This document shows positions 13,942 to 25,576 of a stretch of DNA of 64,000 nucleotides, one piece after another (the stretch's first letter is position 1; each line of letters begins with the position of its first letter). Source of the DNA: Synechococcus sp. (GTDB lineage Bacteria > Cyanobacteriota > Cyanobacteriia > PCC-6307 > Cyanobiaceae); contig JBJBDC010000001.1 of assembly GCA_047285535.1 (NCBI GenBank), forward strand, positions 1,760,136-1,824,135, read 5' to 3'. The notes beneath the pieces were generated by a model that saw nothing but the letters and a program-made list of their open reading frames with translations, did no database searches and was not told the origin of the DNA. The translations under genes and the position numbers were made by a program.

Positions 13942-14742
13942 TCAACCCTGAAGGAGAGCCTCTCCCCAGGGGGCCAGGCGATTCAACTGCTTTTGGGAAC
14001 CAGCAGCAAGTACAGGGAAACCAACATCTGAAAGATCACAACCGGGATCCAGATCAGCTGGGTTCTTTTCCAGCCAAAGCAGTGGGCAACCTAATTCAGT
14101 CAACACAAGCCAGGCAGCGGCCACATCCCAAATTTTGGGAGTTGCCTCTAACGCAGCTGAGGTTTGCCCCATGGCAACACTCACCAAATTAAGACTGGCA
14201 ACGCCCAAAAGACGAATCTTTCCAGGAAACGATTGATCCGGCCTCTTCTGAAGGACACGAATCGATCGGCTACACAGCGAGACACAGGCACTTTGAGCAG
14301 CGAGTCTGGTTTGAGGTGTCAGACGTTTTTGATTCCGCCAAGCCCCTTGTTCACGGATAGCGACGATTCTCTGATTCAATGAAGGGATATCGAGAAATGC
14401 CTCTGAAGGTTCGCCATTGACGAACCGTGCGATTGAGATGGCCCAATAAGGAATGCCAGCAGCAAAGTTAGTTGTGCCATCGAGTGGGTCAACAACCCAG
14501 AAGGCAGACGTTGAGGGGCATACCTGACTGCCCTCTTCGCTTAGCACGCCTTCATCGGGAGTAATCTCGGCTAACCCCTGAACAAACGCAGCATCACTCC
14601 ATTGATCACAAGCAGTGATCAAACTTCCATCAGGCTTGACATCAGACACAATATGACCAAAGTCATTGCGCTGATGTTCAGCAACTCGATCGAGTAAAAG
14701 GTGGACTCGATGCAGTTGCTGAGCACTAAGCGGGGCAGACAC
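13942..14742 (-). CDS. Inositol monophosphatase family protein
   Basis: LSEEG, WVVDPLDGTTNF and WDVAAA motifs. Confidence 0.92.
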   Translation of the reverse strand: MSAPLSAQQLHRVHLLLDRVAEHQRNDFGHIVSDVKPDGSLITACDQWSDAAFVQGLAEITPDEGVLSEEGSQVCPSTSAFWVVDPLDGTTNFAAGIPYWAISIARFVNGEPSEAFLDIPSLNQRIVAIREQGAWRNQKRLTPQTRLAAQSACVSLCSRSIRVLQKRPDQSFPGKIRLLGVASLNLVSVAMGQTSAALEATPKIWDVAAAWLVLTELGCPLLWLEKNPADLDPGCDLSDVGFPVLAAGSQKQLNRLAPWGEALLQG

Positions 14743-14747
14743 CCTAA

Positions 14748-16487
14748 TCAGCTCGGTAAATTAGACAACATTGATTCACAGGCTGGCAAATTAGGGATTG
14801 GCTCAATTGGAATATCTATATCGCCAGCATTTGTGTCATTCGTGGCCGGCAAGTTCACATCTGAGCAGGAGGCCACCTGATCAAGCCCGGTTCTGCGACG
14901 CAAATTTGCCAGGCTTGTATTGTAAATCTCTACTGCATTTGAATATTTAACTTCTGCCTGTGTTAGATCACGCTGCGAGTCAACAACTTCTCGCTGGGTT
15001 GTAACACCTGCTTGAAAGCGAAGACGAGCCAATCTTAAAGTTTCAGCAGTGTACAAAACCTCATTAGATGCAGTGTATATATTTTGAGAGGCTGCACGAA
15101 GAGAATAAAAACTTTCTTCTACATCTTTACGAATCCTGTCGCGTGTCTCAGCGAAAGTAAACGTTTTCTCCTCAGCTGCCTGTTTGCTCCTTCTGTAATT
15201 TGCACGGGCACGTCCTCCATCAAAAATAGCCCATGAGGCCTTCAACCCCACAGCATTATTGACTGTCCAGTTATAATCAGCCATGTCGATTGACCCAGTT
15301 TGATTTGTTTGACCTTGAGTCTTACTCGTATTGAAGTTATTGAAAATAGTTAGCACTGGCTGGATAGCTGCGAGAGCAGCATTAGCACTGCTGTTGTTGA
15401 TCGAGATATCCAGAATCACCTGGTCAAGCTCCTCTCGAAATGAGTAAGCCGCAATAATGCTTTCTTGAAGGGAAGGCTGCCAAACTCCCAGTACCCGGGC
15501 TGGAGTTGCTGCGGTTGGCGTTACATCTTGTGGAAGGTCAAGCAATTGGGCCAGAGATCTCCGAGCTTGAGATTGATCACGCAGACCATCGGTAAGACGT
15601 TGGCGATCTCTGGCTAATTGGGATTGAGCTTCTAACACATCCAGCTTGGTTGAGACTCCAGCCTGGTAGCGGGCACCAGCATCACGCAGGCTGACCAGCG
15701 AAGCACGAACACTCTGTTGTCCGATGCGTACTCCCTCGTCACTACGCTGAAGCCTGAAATAGGCAGTCGCAGCATTCAGCCTGAGGTCTCTTAAGGCAAT
15801 TAAATAAGCAAGACTTTGTCTTTCAAATCGATCACGCGCTGCAGCTATCTGTGGGACACGTTTGGGATCGATCAGATTCCAGTTCACTGAAGCTTGAAAC
15901 GCAGCAGACCAGGTTGTTGTGTAAGTGTTTGGTTGCCTCTCCGGTTCCCCAGTATCAGGGTTGAGCACCCTGCGCCCCGTTTCATCAATTGTTGGTGTTG
16001 CGAATTTAGGATTTCGATATTGTTCACCATCCAAGTATTGAGGCAATCCAGATGCTTGCAGGTTGACGGTGGGATACCACAGAGAAATCTCAGCTAGCAG
16101 TTGTGATTTGAATTGATCAACCTGACTAGCAGCGGCTTTCAGGGTTGGACTGTTGACCTCAGCAAGACGCTCAACCTCAGCGAGAGTTAAAGGACGAAGT
16201 TCACGAATGGTGACCTGGGACGGAAGATCAGGTAAGGCAAGACTGTCAGGAGATGCAAGAGCATCCAAATCCTCTGGGAGCGTTGTGGCCGCCGGTGGCA
16301 GAACAGATGGATCAGCCTTCGGACGAGATCCTTTTAATTCGATGGCATTAGGAAGGGTCGACTGATCCATTAGTAAGGATTCAGAAGAAGAACTATCTGC
16401 CTCAACATCCTGAGCGAGTGCAGCCGATGCAGCGAAGACAGGCAAACAACCTGCGATCAGAACAAAACGAGCAGCTGTCCGGAGCAC
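14748..16487 (-). CDS. tolC: TolC-family outer membrane efflux protein
   Basis: Signal peptide and two OEP repeats (ARYQAGVSTKLDVLEAQ and LRFQAGVTTQREVVDSQ). Confidence 0.88.
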   Translation of the reverse strand: MLRTAARFVLIAGCLPVFAASAALAQDVEADSSSSESLLMDQSTLPNAIELKGSRPKADPSVLPPAATTLPEDLDALASPDSLALPDLPSQVTIRELRPLTLAEVERLAEVNSPTLKAAASQVDQFKSQLLAEISLWYPTVNLQASGLPQYLDGEQYRNPKFATPTIDETGRRVLNPDTGEPERQPNTYTTTWSAAFQASVNWNLIDPKRVPQIAAARDRFERQSLAYLIALRDLRLNAATAYFRLQRSDEGVRIGQQSVRASLVSLRDAGARYQAGVSTKLDVLEAQSQLARDRQRLTDGLRDQSQARRSLAQLLDLPQDVTPTAATPARVLGVWQPSLQESIIAAYSFREELDQVILDISINNSSANAALAAIQPVLTIFNNFNTSKTQGQTNQTGSIDMADYNWTVNNAVGLKASWAIFDGGRARANYRRSKQAAEEKTFTFAETRDRIRKDVEESFYSLRAASQNIYTASNEVLYTAETLRLARLRFQAGVTTQREVVDSQRDLTQAEVKYSNAVEIYNTSLANLRRRTGLDQVASCSDVNLPATNDTNAGDIDIPIEPIPNLPACESMLSNLPS

Positions 16488-16511
16488 ATTAATACTGGAA
16501 CTCTGCGGAGC

Positions 16512-17924
16512 TTAATTGCTTTTTTCGATAGAGCCCAGCACAGAGGCCACGATTTCAGCTGCTCCATCCACGATTCGGATCGGCACTGAAAGATTCGCCT
16601 GCAATTGATCCAACGTCATGTCGTCCAAAAACACTGGATCACCGTGGCGAAGCATGACAGATGGGAGCAGAAGCTGATCGCCCAGGTCTTGATCCCTAAG
16701 TCCATCAAGCAAATCTTGTCCGGTCAGCAATCCAGTCACAACCTGGTCTTGCCCCCAATAGGGACTAGGAAGGCCATGCAAGATCAAGTGGACTCCATCA
16801 ACCGCATTGAGCCTTCTCAGCACTGGCTCCAAAGCATTCTCAACCAAGCGTCCAACCACCCAGCTGCTTTTCAGAGGTCTTTCCACACTCTTAGGGAGAT
16901 CGGTTGTTACCTCGTCCAAAGCAGCAAGAAATGCCCTAATGCTGCCCACTCCATTTTCCTGCTGAGGAAAATCCTCATAGTTTGCGCGTGGAGGCAAGTT
17001 CAAGCCAGCAATGAGATACCACTCATCTGACAGCCAGGCAAAGCGACTTTCAAACCGGACCTGAAACTCCTTCTGCAGAGGTTCCACCGCTGCAATGACT
17101 TTTCTGGCGTCGTCGGGATTGACCGCACGCAAGCCATCAGTTGCCAACCTAAAACGGGTGAGACCAACAGGAACAACGGCAACAGAAAGCACCGCCGGCC
17201 ATTCCCCTCCAGCAAATTCAGCCAGATCACGAATGGTGCGCAACAACGCTTCGCCATCATTCTGATCAGGGCAAACAACCACCTGAGCGTGAATCTGGAG
17301 ATCCCGTTGAGAGAACCAGTCCAGTTGCTTCAACAGTTGTCCACCTCTTGGATTTTTCAAAAGACTCGATCGCAGAGCAGGATCAGTGGCATGGACTGAA
17401 ACAAACAATGGCGACAAACGTTGTTGTTCGATCCTGTGCCAATCGGAATCACTGAGGTTTGTGAGTGTGAGATAGGAGCCGTACAGAAAACTCAATCGAT
17501 AGTCATCATCCTTGAGATAAAGACTGCTGCGATGACCGGATGGTTGTTGGTCGATGAAGCAGAACGCACAGCGATTACTGCACTGCCGCAATCCATCGAA
17601 CAACGCTTCTGTGAACGCCAGTCCCAGGCCTTCATCTTCATCCTTTTCCAGATCGACTTGATGGAGATCTCCTTTTGCATCCCGAACCTCTAAATGCAAT
17701 TCCTCTTCAACAATGAGATACCGATAATCAATGAGATCTCGAGGACGAACGCCATTGATACTCAACAGCTGATCTCCGGGCTCAAAGCCAAGTTCTTCTC
17801 CTATCGATCCGGGCTGGACTGATGCCACAACTGCCGGTGCAGGCTGATGCAATCCAGACCCCTGATCAAGAGCCGCATCAGTCACACCGGCAGAAGGTTC
17901 ATTCCACACAGCGCTGACAGCCAA
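16512..17924 (-). CDS. TIGR03279-type PDZ/radical-SAM-like Fe-S protein (DUF512)
   Basis: N-terminal PDZ-like GDQLLSING, CSNRCAFC, YLKDDDYRLSFLYGSY, QENGVG. Confidence 0.85.
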   Translation of the reverse strand: MAVSAVWNEPSAGVTDAALDQGSGLHQPAPAVVASVQPGSIGEELGFEPGDQLLSINGVRPRDLIDYRYLIVEEELHLEVRDAKGDLHQVDLEKDEDEGLGLAFTEALFDGLRQCSNRCAFCFIDQQPSGHRSSLYLKDDDYRLSFLYGSYLTLTNLSDSDWHRIEQQRLSPLFVSVHATDPALRSSLLKNPRGGQLLKQLDWFSQRDLQIHAQVVVCPDQNDGEALLRTIRDLAEFAGGEWPAVLSVAVVPVGLTRFRLATDGLRAVNPDDARKVIAAVEPLQKEFQVRFESRFAWLSDEWYLIAGLNLPPRANYEDFPQQENGVGSIRAFLAALDEVTTDLPKSVERPLKSSWVVGRLVENALEPVLRRLNAVDGVHLILHGLPSPYWGQDQVVTGLLTGQDLLDGLRDQDLGDQLLLPSVMLRHGDPVFLDDMTLDQLQANLSVPIRIVDGAAEIVASVLGSIEKSN

Positions 17925-17930
17925 GTGCGT

Positions 17931-18782
17931 TCAGTCTGATGCCGCACCGAACCACCACACCAGAAGAAGCACCCCAAAAAGCAACCGATACACCACAAAA
18001 ATCCAGGTGCTATGGCTCTGGAGATATTTGATCAGCCAGTCGATGGCCAGCCAAGAGACCACAGCTGCAGAACAGATCCCGACTAAAACAGGCAAAATCC
18101 CACCCACGCTTGGCTCTGAAAAAGCATCTTTTAATTCCACCAATCCTGCGATTGTGATGGCAGGAATCCCTAACAAAAAGGAAAACCGAGCTGCATCAGC
18201 TCGCTTCCAACCATCAAACAGTGATGCTGTCAGCGTGCTACCTGAGCGTGAGACACCCGGGATCAAAGCCAACATCTGGGCCAGACCAACCACCAGCCCA
18301 TCGCGTCCTTGCACATGGTTCAGCTGCTTCAGTCGAGGACCGAACCGCTCAGCCAATCCTAGTAATAGTGCCATCACAATCGACACAACAGCAATGGCAG
18401 GAACACTGCGCAGAGGGGAGGTTGCATAGCCTGGCCAGAACAATTTGATGCAAAGACCGGCAATCACAATCGGAACAGTGCCGATCGCCATGGCAATGCC
18501 AAGCCGCGCATCAGGTTCCCTCCATTGACCGCGCCTTAACGCGCCAATGATGCCTTTGAGTACGCCTGTCAAATCAGCGCGGAAGTAGGCAATAACGGCA
18601 ACAATGCTGCCGAGCTGGATCACGGCGGTCACCGAGATTCCAGGGTCCCCCCATCCTGCAAGAACTGGAACCACCTTCAGGTGAGCCGTGCTGCTAATTG
18701 GCAAAAATTCCGTAAGCCCTTGCACGACGCCAAGCACAAAATCACGCCAGCAAGCTTCAAGCAGTCCGGGATCCGTGGTCAA
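17931..18782 (-). CDS. uppP: Undecaprenyl-diphosphate phosphatase
   Basis: QGLTEFLPISSTAH and PGVSRSGST BacA motifs. Confidence 0.95.
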   Translation of the reverse strand: MTTDPGLLEACWRDFVLGVVQGLTEFLPISSTAHLKVVPVLAGWGDPGISVTAVIQLGSIVAVIAYFRADLTGVLKGIIGALRRGQWREPDARLGIAMAIGTVPIVIAGLCIKLFWPGYATSPLRSVPAIAVVSIVMALLLGLAERFGPRLKQLNHVQGRDGLVVGLAQMLALIPGVSRSGSTLTASLFDGWKRADAARFSFLLGIPAITIAGLVELKDAFSEPSVGGILPVLVGICSAAVVSWLAIDWLIKYLQSHSTWIFVVYRLLFGVLLLVWWFGAASD

Positions 18783-18903
18783 AGCGCTCTTTCAAATCAG
18801 TGCACTACGACTATGCGTCACTGGCTTCCTGCAGCAAATCCCGAACTTGCGGTCAAATCTTCTAATGTTTGGACTCTTTTTTCAAAATTCTGAGGGCATC
18901 CTT

Positions 18904-19650
18904 TTGCTGAGTGGTCTGATCCAGATTCCAACATCGGAGAAGCAGACCCTTGTGATGTCCCGGGCTCCTGCGATCTCCTTCACTCGTTCGTTGTCCTTCT
19001 GGGCTTCGGCATTGGTTGTTCTGCCGGTCTTTCTCCAGGCGCCCTGGGTTCGCTTTCATCCCTTTAGCTCCTGTCTTTTCACCGCAGTGCTTTTGGCAGC
19101 AGGCATTTCTGCGGTCCAAATGGGCAATAAATCATGGAAGCAGGGGGGTGCTCTCCTTGTTGGATTCAGCGGAAGCTGGCTGGCGGGAACGCTGTTCTGG
19201 GGATGGCTGCGTATGCATCCTTTATGGCATCTACCTGTGGAATCGATTGCATTACCACTTGCCATCGGAGGGCTCGGCAGCCGTTGGAAACTGAGTTGTG
19301 CCTTTTACCTCGCTTCACTACTGGGCACCGCCATCACAGATTTCACAATGGCTCTTACTGGGGTGATGTCGTTCTGGCCCAAGGTTGTACAAGCCACATC
19401 GAATGACGCCCCACTCCTTCTTCATGAGGCGGCAAAGGTTGTGTTGCAACCATTTTCGGTCGTTCTTTTGCTCTCAGCCACAGGAGTCATCTTTTGGATC
19501 GTGAAACAGTTACAGACTCAAGCGATCCGCAGAAATGAACACAGTGAGGCGTGGAGCGTCGCCGCTTCTGTGCTGTCAACAACGCTTCTGATCGACGCCC
19601 TCTTTCTGGCGCTCTCCCTCTCAGTGCCAAACCTGACCGGTCTGATCTGA
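18904..19650 (+). CDS. DUF3120-like membrane protein (start uncertain)
   Basis: LVVLPVFLQAPWVR and FWGWLRMHPLWHLPVE motifs; the 18688 start would overlap uppP, so a later start was chosen. Confidence 0.75.
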   Translation: MLSGLIQIPTSEKQTLVMSRAPAISFTRSLSFWASALVVLPVFLQAPWVRFHPFSSCLFTAVLLAAGISAVQMGNKSWKQGGALLVGFSGSWLAGTLFWGWLRMHPLWHLPVESIALPLAIGGLGSRWKLSCAFYLASLLGTAITDFTMALTGVMSFWPKVVQATSNDAPLLLHEAAKVVLQPFSVVLLLSATGVIFWIVKQLQTQAIRRNEHSEAWSVAASVLSTTLLIDALFLALSLSVPNLTGLI

Positions 19651-19762
19651 AACGAACTGCAAACGCCTGGCAGTGCTAATGGAGCAAAAGGGATCTGCAC
19701 TTGTAAGGTTTCCATACCGGCGCTGCCGGAAGTCAAGTTCCGAATCCCAACGGAGAGTTCAG

Positions 19763-20140
19763 ATGAAGCGCCTGCTGTCCTGGCTGACGGGCATGGTTGT
19801 GATCGGTGGCCTATTGATGGGCCTTCTCGTTCCCCCCAATGTTTCTGCCGCTGAGATTAGAAATGTCGCAGACGACAAAATCGCCGAACGCGGCGACAAA
19901 GTTGATTTAAACAATTCCTCTGTCCGTCGCTTCCAGCAATTCCCTGGCATGTATCCCACTTTTGCTGGGAAAATCGTTCTCGGAGGTCCCTATGAGAAAG
20001 TCGATGACGTGCTGAACCTCGATCTTTCTGAACGTCAAAAAGAATTGTTCGCGAAATATCGCGACAATTTCGTGGTCACAGCACCATCCATTGCCCTGAA
20101 CGAGGGGTTCGACCGTATTAATGACGGTCAATACCGTTGA
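19763..20140 (+). CDS. psbU: Photosystem II 12-kDa extrinsic protein PsbU
   Basis: Signal peptide, KVDLNNSSVRRFQQFPGMYPT and DRINDGQYR. Confidence 0.95.
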   Translation: MKRLLSWLTGMVVIGGLLMGLLVPPNVSAAEIRNVADDKIAERGDKVDLNNSSVRRFQQFPGMYPTFAGKIVLGGPYEKVDDVLNLDLSERQKELFAKYRDNFVVTAPSIALNEGFDRINDGQYR

Positions 20141-20156
20141 CCTTGATCCAAGCTTG

Positions 20157-20184
20157 AACCGCCCAAATTACTGGCGGTTTTTTT
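20157..20184 (+). terminator. Intrinsic terminator after psbU
   Basis: AACCGCC-caaattact-GGCGGTT followed by a T run. Confidence 0.75.
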
Positions 20185-20190
20185 GCACCC

Positions 20191-21876
20191 ATGGGCCTCC
20201 ACGCAACCTCGATGGATCGAATTGCGCCGGGCCCATGGGATGTGATCGTCATCGGCGCAGGTGCAGCAGGGTTAATGACCTGTTTGGAACTTCCAGCTGA
20301 TCTGCGAGTCCTTCTTCTGAACCGAAACACAAGCAGAAGATCCTCAAGTCGCTGGGCTCAAGGGGGAATTGCAGCGGTAACCCGCTCCAATGACAATGCT
20401 CAGAGCCATGCTGATGACACAGTGAGCGCTGGAGCTGGTCTCTGCGATGGAGATGCAGTTCGCCTTCTAGTTGATCAAGCTCCCCAAAGCGTGCTGAGAC
20501 TTCAAGAGCTCGGCATGGAATTTGATCGCAACCAAGACGGAACACTTGCAACCACACTCGAAGCTGCCCACAGTCATCGAAGGGTGCTCCACGTCCAAGA
20601 CCGAACCGGCAAAGCCTTGGTGGATGTGCTACGGGAACGGGTCGATGCTCGACCTGGATTGCAGCATCGCCGAGGAGTGCGCGTTACCCAGTTATGGGTG
20701 AGACACAATCGCTGCTGTGGTGTGCAGGTTCTCGAAGGACCGTGGCTGCACTGGATTCCTGCCCGTGCTGTGGTGCTCGCCACCGGAGGAGGAGGCCACC
20801 TCTATACCAATACCACCAACCCCGCGCAGGCCTGCGGCGAGGGTGTCGCACTGGCCTGGCAAGCCGGAGCCGCCATCGAAGATCTGGAATTCGTGCAGTT
20901 CCATCCCACAGCACTCAAGGTTGAACATGCGCCTTGCTTCTTAATCTCAGAGGCGGTCCGGGGTGAGGGCGCTCGACTTGTCGACGCCTCAGGAACAAGT
21001 CCTGTCAGGGAACTGCCAGGACAGGACTTAGCCCCGAGAGATCAAGTCAGTCGTGCTTTGGTTCGTCAAATGCAGAGCCAAGGGGTCGCTCATATGGGTC
21101 TCGATCTCAGCGCAATCTCTGCTGAAAAGTTGATACGGCGGTTCCCCACCATTCTTGAACGCTGCCACGGCTACGGAATCGACCCACAAAAGCAACCAAT
21201 TCCGGTGGCTCCAGCAGCTCATTACTGGATGGGCGGTGTGGCCACCGACTTACAAGCTGCCACCAGCCTTCCTGGGCTCTATGCCGTCGGCGAAGTGGCC
21301 TGCACTGGAGTGCATGGTGCCAATCGTCTGGCCAGCAACTCCCTGATGGAATGCCTTGTCTTCGCGAGGCAACTGCGTGAGATCGACCTCGGGGTCGATG
21401 CCCTCTCGATTGACACCAGCAGGACAGAAGAAATCACTGAACTGAAGCCCCATCTAGAGCATGCTCGAAGTGCCTTCAGCAAGCAGGATCTAACCACCTC
21501 TATTCAATGGCTGAGATCGGAATGTTGGCGAGTGGCAGGCGTCGACCGCTCGGCCCATGGCATGAGGGAAGTGTTGAACACACTTCAAAAAACAATACCC
21601 AGCCTTGAATCGATGACTCAGCTGAGGATGATGCAAGGCCAACAAGCGGATCAGAGCATGCTCCTCGATGAAATCAGTCGCGCAGAGCTCAACCTGATGC
21701 TGGACCTCCATCATCGCCAACAATCCTGTTCCTTATTACTAAAAGCCTGCTTGTTTCGAACCGAGAGTAGGGGCGGTCATTTTCGCAATGACAACCCTGC
21801 TTCGATGCCTCAATGGTGCCGTCATAGCCGCCAGTTGAAAGGTCAAACGATCGGGACCAGAGCCGTAACCCCCTAA
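20191..21876 (+). CDS. nadB: L-aspartate oxidase
   Basis: GAGAAGL FAD motif, SRWAQGGIAA, EAAHSHRRVLH, QFHPT, HYWMGG, GVHGANRLASNSL, ESRGGH. Confidence 0.95.
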   Translation: MGLHATSMDRIAPGPWDVIVIGAGAAGLMTCLELPADLRVLLLNRNTSRRSSSRWAQGGIAAVTRSNDNAQSHADDTVSAGAGLCDGDAVRLLVDQAPQSVLRLQELGMEFDRNQDGTLATTLEAAHSHRRVLHVQDRTGKALVDVLRERVDARPGLQHRRGVRVTQLWVRHNRCCGVQVLEGPWLHWIPARAVVLATGGGGHLYTNTTNPAQACGEGVALAWQAGAAIEDLEFVQFHPTALKVEHAPCFLISEAVRGEGARLVDASGTSPVRELPGQDLAPRDQVSRALVRQMQSQGVAHMGLDLSAISAEKLIRRFPTILERCHGYGIDPQKQPIPVAPAAHYWMGGVATDLQAATSLPGLYAVGEVACTGVHGANRLASNSLMECLVFARQLREIDLGVDALSIDTSRTEEITELKPHLEHARSAFSKQDLTTSIQWLRSECWRVAGVDRSAHGMREVLNTLQKTIPSLESMTQLRMMQGQQADQSMLLDEISRAELNLMLDLHHRQQSCSLLLKACLFRTESRGGHFRNDNPASMPQWCRHSRQLKGQTIGTRAVTP

Positions 21877-21898
21877 AACAACCGTTGTTGTGTGTCGT

Positions 21899-22843
21899 TC
21901 AGAAGTCCTGCGGGCCCTTGTATCCCGATAAACGGGCGAGATCCTTGAGTTGTTTCACTCCAGAATCGAGTTCACCATTGATTTCCCAGCTCGGGAAACC
22001 CTCAATGCCTTTGCTCTGGCAAAGCTCGGCCTCGTTGTTCTGCCCTGTGGGAGCGCATTCCACAACCTTGAGGGTTTTCGCAGCTTCTTTGCCAAACATC
22101 TCTTTCTGTTCATGGCAATGAGGACACCAATAGGCGCTGTACATCACAGCCCCAGACGCCGTGAGATGGTCAGCAAGAGCGGTTTTGGCTGGATTGCTCG
22201 TTGATGTGACTAGGGGAGGAGCACCTGGGCCTGTCGCAACCAGATCTGGACGTGCTGGATCGAGCACTGAGGCCCAAATCAACCCTCCGAGCAGCACCGC
22301 AATGGCAATGAGACATCCCCGAAACAGCAGTTGAGGAGGATCGTCCCAGCCACCTCCAAAGCATGACAACACCAGCAAGAGTAGGGAGATTACGGCCGAA
22401 AGAACGCAGAAGAAACAGAAGGCCTGGATCTTGAACACCATCAGCCCCAGAAGCACAAGGCTGAACACAGCCATTGCAAGCGAGACAGTGAACAGGCCCC
22501 ACCAAGTGCGTCGCGATAATTCAGCCTTGTTCTCTGACAACCCAGGAAGCAAGGGCAAGATCGCCATCACCACCACCGCGAGATACGCAAGCAGTCCAGC
22601 CAAGGACAACGGGATACTGAAGCCATCACCCTGAAACAACGTGCCCCAAGGGCTGTTCAAAACTTTGTCGCAGCCTCCTTCACCGATGGGACAGCTGAGC
22701 GAACTCCAAATCTCCCAACGCTTAAGGGTGATTGAACCTGTGTCGATCACTCCGACCGTGGCCAAAACGGCCATCACAATTCGAACCCATTTCGACCCCT
22801 GGTCCTGCCGGCGTCGGCTGATAAGACGCGTAGTCGACATCAA
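21899..22843 (-). CDS. Vitamin K epoxide reductase (VKOR)-thioredoxin fusion, thylakoid disulfide-bond formation
   Basis: C...GCDKVLNSPW, CFFC in the TM region and a C-terminal WCPHC thioredoxin-like domain. Confidence 0.9.
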   Translation of the reverse strand: MMSTTRLISRRRQDQGSKWVRIVMAVLATVGVIDTGSITLKRWEIWSSLSCPIGEGGCDKVLNSPWGTLFQGDGFSIPLSLAGLLAYLAVVVMAILPLLPGLSENKAELSRRTWWGLFTVSLAMAVFSLVLLGLMVFKIQAFCFFCVLSAVISLLLLVLSCFGGGWDDPPQLLFRGCLIAIAVLLGGLIWASVLDPARPDLVATGPGAPPLVTSTSNPAKTALADHLTASGAVMYSAYWCPHCHEQKEMFGKEAAKTLKVVECAPTGQNNEAELCQSKGIEGFPSWEINGELDSGVKQLKDLARLSGYKGPQDF

Positions 22844-22952
22844 GACTGATCAATTACTCACAATTTTGACAGCAAAGCGTGAGCGATACAGCGCTCATGG
22901 TTGTGACTATCCGTTCATCCAATCCTAAAGTGATGGATTGAAGAGTCATGCC

Positions 22953-24350
22953 ATGGCCGGAGACTCCAGAACGGGCAACATCCTCTCGGAACGGCCAACG
23001 GTGGCCTTTGCCCATCTTGGCTGCGAAAAGAATCGCGTCGATACAGAACACATGCTCGGACTTCTCGCTGAAGCGGGCTACGGGGTCAGTAGCAATGAAA
23101 ATGACGCCAATCTTGTGGTCGTCAACACCTGCAGCTTCATTCAAGACGCCCGCGAAGAGTCGGTACGAACCCTTGTAGAACTTGCCGAGCAAGGCAAGGA
23201 ACTCATCATTGCCGGATGCTTGGCCCAGCATTTTCAAGAAGAACTACTGGAGTCACTACCCGAAGCCAGAGCGATCGTGGGCACTGGCGATTATCAGCAC
23301 ATTGTGGAGGTGTTGAAACAGGTGGAAGCTGGCGAACGTGTGAATCGCGTAAGCCAGACGCCTTCCTTTGTCGCTGACGAAAACCTGCCGCGCTACCGAA
23401 CCACCGGCGAAGCGGTTGCCTATTTGAAAGTGGCAGAAGGCTGCGACTACCGCTGCGCGTTTTGCATCATTCCGCATTTAAGGGGGAATCAACGCTCAAG
23501 AAGCATCGAATCGATCGTTGCTGAAGCCCATCAGTTGGCTGAACAAGGGGTGCAGGAACTCATCCTCATTAGTCAGATCACCACCAACTACGGCCTCGAT
23601 CTCTATGGCAAGCCCCGCCTTGCTGCCCTTCTCGAGGCACTCGGTGAGGTGGAGATCCCTTGGATCCGAGTCCACTACGCCTATCCGACAGGGCTCACCC
23701 CAGAAGTGCTGGCGGCCTATCGAGACGTGCCCAACGTGTTGCCTTATCTCGATCTACCACTTCAGCACAGCCATCCTGAGGTCTTACGAGCCATGAACCG
23801 CCCTTGGCAGACCGATTTAAATGAACGACTGCTGGATCAAATTCGCAACCAACTGCCCGAGGCCATTCTGCGAACCACTTTGATCGTTGGCTTCCCAGGA
23901 GAAACGGAAGCTCATTTTGAACATTTAGTGGGTTTCTTAGAACGCCAGCGCTTTGACCATGTGGGGATTTTCACTTTCTCTCCAGAAGATGGCACTGCTG
24001 CGGCAACATTGCCTAATTCAGTCAAAGACGACATTGCCCTTGCCCGTAAAGATAGGTTGATGACTCTTCAACAACCCATTTCCGCAGCTTGTAATGCCAG
24101 CTGGATCGGGCGGACCGTAGATGTTTTGGTGGAGCAACACAACCCCTCCAACGGTGAGATGATTGGTCGTTGCGCCCGTTTTGCACCAGAGGTCGATGGA
24201 GAGGTGCTAGTCCAACCAGGAGATCAGGGACTCCAGGTCAATCCTGGAACGATGGTTCCCGTGCAGATCACTGGAGCTGACATCTACGACCTCAGTGGCA
24301 GGATCGTTAGTGCTTCCCACATGGTTGCAGCAGCTCGTGGTCGTACGTGA
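22953..24350 (+). CDS. rimO: Ribosomal protein S12 methylthiotransferase RimO
   Basis: [44 protein letters not shown]. Confidence 0.94.
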   Translation: MAGDSRTGNILSERPTVAFAHLGCEKNRVDTEHMLGLLAEAGYGVSSNENDANLVVVNTCSFIQDAREESVRTLVELAEQGKELIIAGCLAQHFQEELLESLPEARAIVGTGDYQHIVEVLKQVEAGERVNRVSQTPSFVADENLPRYRTTGEAVAYLKVAEGCDYRCAFCIIPHLRGNQRSRSIESIVAEAHQLAEQGVQELILISQITTNYGLDLYGKPRLAALLEALGEVEIPWIRVHYAYPTGLTPEVLAAYRDVPNVLPYLDLPLQHSHPEVLRAMNRPWQTDLNERLLDQIRNQLPEAILRTTLIVGFPGETEAHFEHLVGFLERQRFDHVGIFTFSPEDGTAAATLPNSVKDDIALARKDRLMTLQQPISAACNASWIGRTVDVLVEQHNPSNGEMIGRCARFAPEVDGEVLVQPGDQGLQVNPGTMVPVQITGADIYDLSGRIVSASHMVAAARGRT

Positions 24351-25576
24351 ACAGAAGCCCAAGCTGGCATCAACGACAACGCACCATTTTTCTGATTGCC
24401 TCGGGCTTAAGCACAGCGGGTTCGTTCGCTGGGCTAACCGCCAAGGGATGGATTTTGATGAGCGGCACCCACAATGCCCTGTTACTCGCCCTTCATTTCG
24501 CTGCGCTCTCCCTTCCGACCCTGTTGGTGAGTGGTCCGGCTGGAGTTCGGACGGATCGAATCGGCTGCGAACAGGTGCTGATTCAAGCCCAGTGGGCATT
24601 ACTCGGAGCAGGACTTCTTGGTGCCATGTCCATTCCTCTCTTGGACGGCAATGGCCAGGTTGCCATGCTTCTCGCCAGCACACTGCTGATGGGCGTTGCT
24701 GGTGCCTACGAGCAAACCGCCCGCAATAAATACTGCGCTTTGCTGGTGGAGGAAACCCAGAAATTAGCGCCTTACCTCACCAGTTTTTCTGTTGTTTTTA
24801 ATGTTGGAAAACTTGTTGGCCCACCCCTAGGGGGCTGGCTGGTGGCGTTGACTGGCCCGGAAACGGCTCTCAGCCTCGATGCCCTCACCTATCTGCTCCC
24901 GATTACCAGCGTGATCTGGTTGTTAAAACCAAATAGAACGATTGAGCAACTGAGCATCAAAACCAATGCCGCCACATTGAGCTCAGCATGGAAGGAAAGC
25001 GGACCGATCCTCAGGCATGTGCTCAAGTTCACCGGCTTGATCTGTGTGGTCGGATTCTTTCATCCAGGTCTGGCACCACTGATGGCCGCCGACACCCTCG
25101 GACCAGACCCTAGAGATCTTGGACTGTTTACAAGCGTTCTGGCCGCAGGAAGCATTTGCGGGGGAATTGTGCTTCAACGGAATAGCCACTCATTTAGTCG
25201 TAGGCCTGGCCTCACTCTGGGCTGTTTCTCATTGATTACGGCTGTTGCGCAACTTGGAATGGCAACCACCAAAATTATTCCGTTGGTGTTGCCAATGGTT
25301 TGGCTCATTGGAGCTGGGACTGCTGGTCTACTGAGCAGCGCCAATTTGATTACCCAAGTTGGTTCCAAGCAAGTGATCAGAGGCCGTATGGCCGGATTGA
25401 GCCAAATCGCTTTTCTTGGTGGAGGTGGCTTGAGTGGTCTGATTGCAGCTCAGCTCACCATTTCGCTTGGCCTGCAAGCTACGTTTGCGGTCATGGGTGG
25501 GATTGGCCTTGTTCTATCCGGGTGGGAAATCTGGCATCGCGGTGACCTGCAGATGAAGGAGATCAAATCAGCTTGA
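24347..25576 (+). CDS. MFS transporter
   Basis: About 12 hydrophobic helices; GVRTDRIG motif-A-like segment; RGRMAG. Confidence 0.85.
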   Translation: MNRSPSWHQRQRTIFLIASGLSTAGSFAGLTAKGWILMSGTHNALLLALHFAALSLPTLLVSGPAGVRTDRIGCEQVLIQAQWALLGAGLLGAMSIPLLDGNGQVAMLLASTLLMGVAGAYEQTARNKYCALLVEETQKLAPYLTSFSVVFNVGKLVGPPLGGWLVALTGPETALSLDALTYLLPITSVIWLLKPNRTIEQLSIKTNAATLSSAWKESGPILRHVLKFTGLICVVGFFHPGLAPLMAADTLGPDPRDLGLFTSVLAAGSICGGIVLQRNSHSFSRRPGLTLGCFSLITAVAQLGMATTKIIPLVLPMVWLIGAGTAGLLSSANLITQVGSKQVIRGRMAGLSQIAFLGGGGLSGLIAAQLTISLGLQATFAVMGGIGLVLSGWEIWHRGDLQMKEIKSA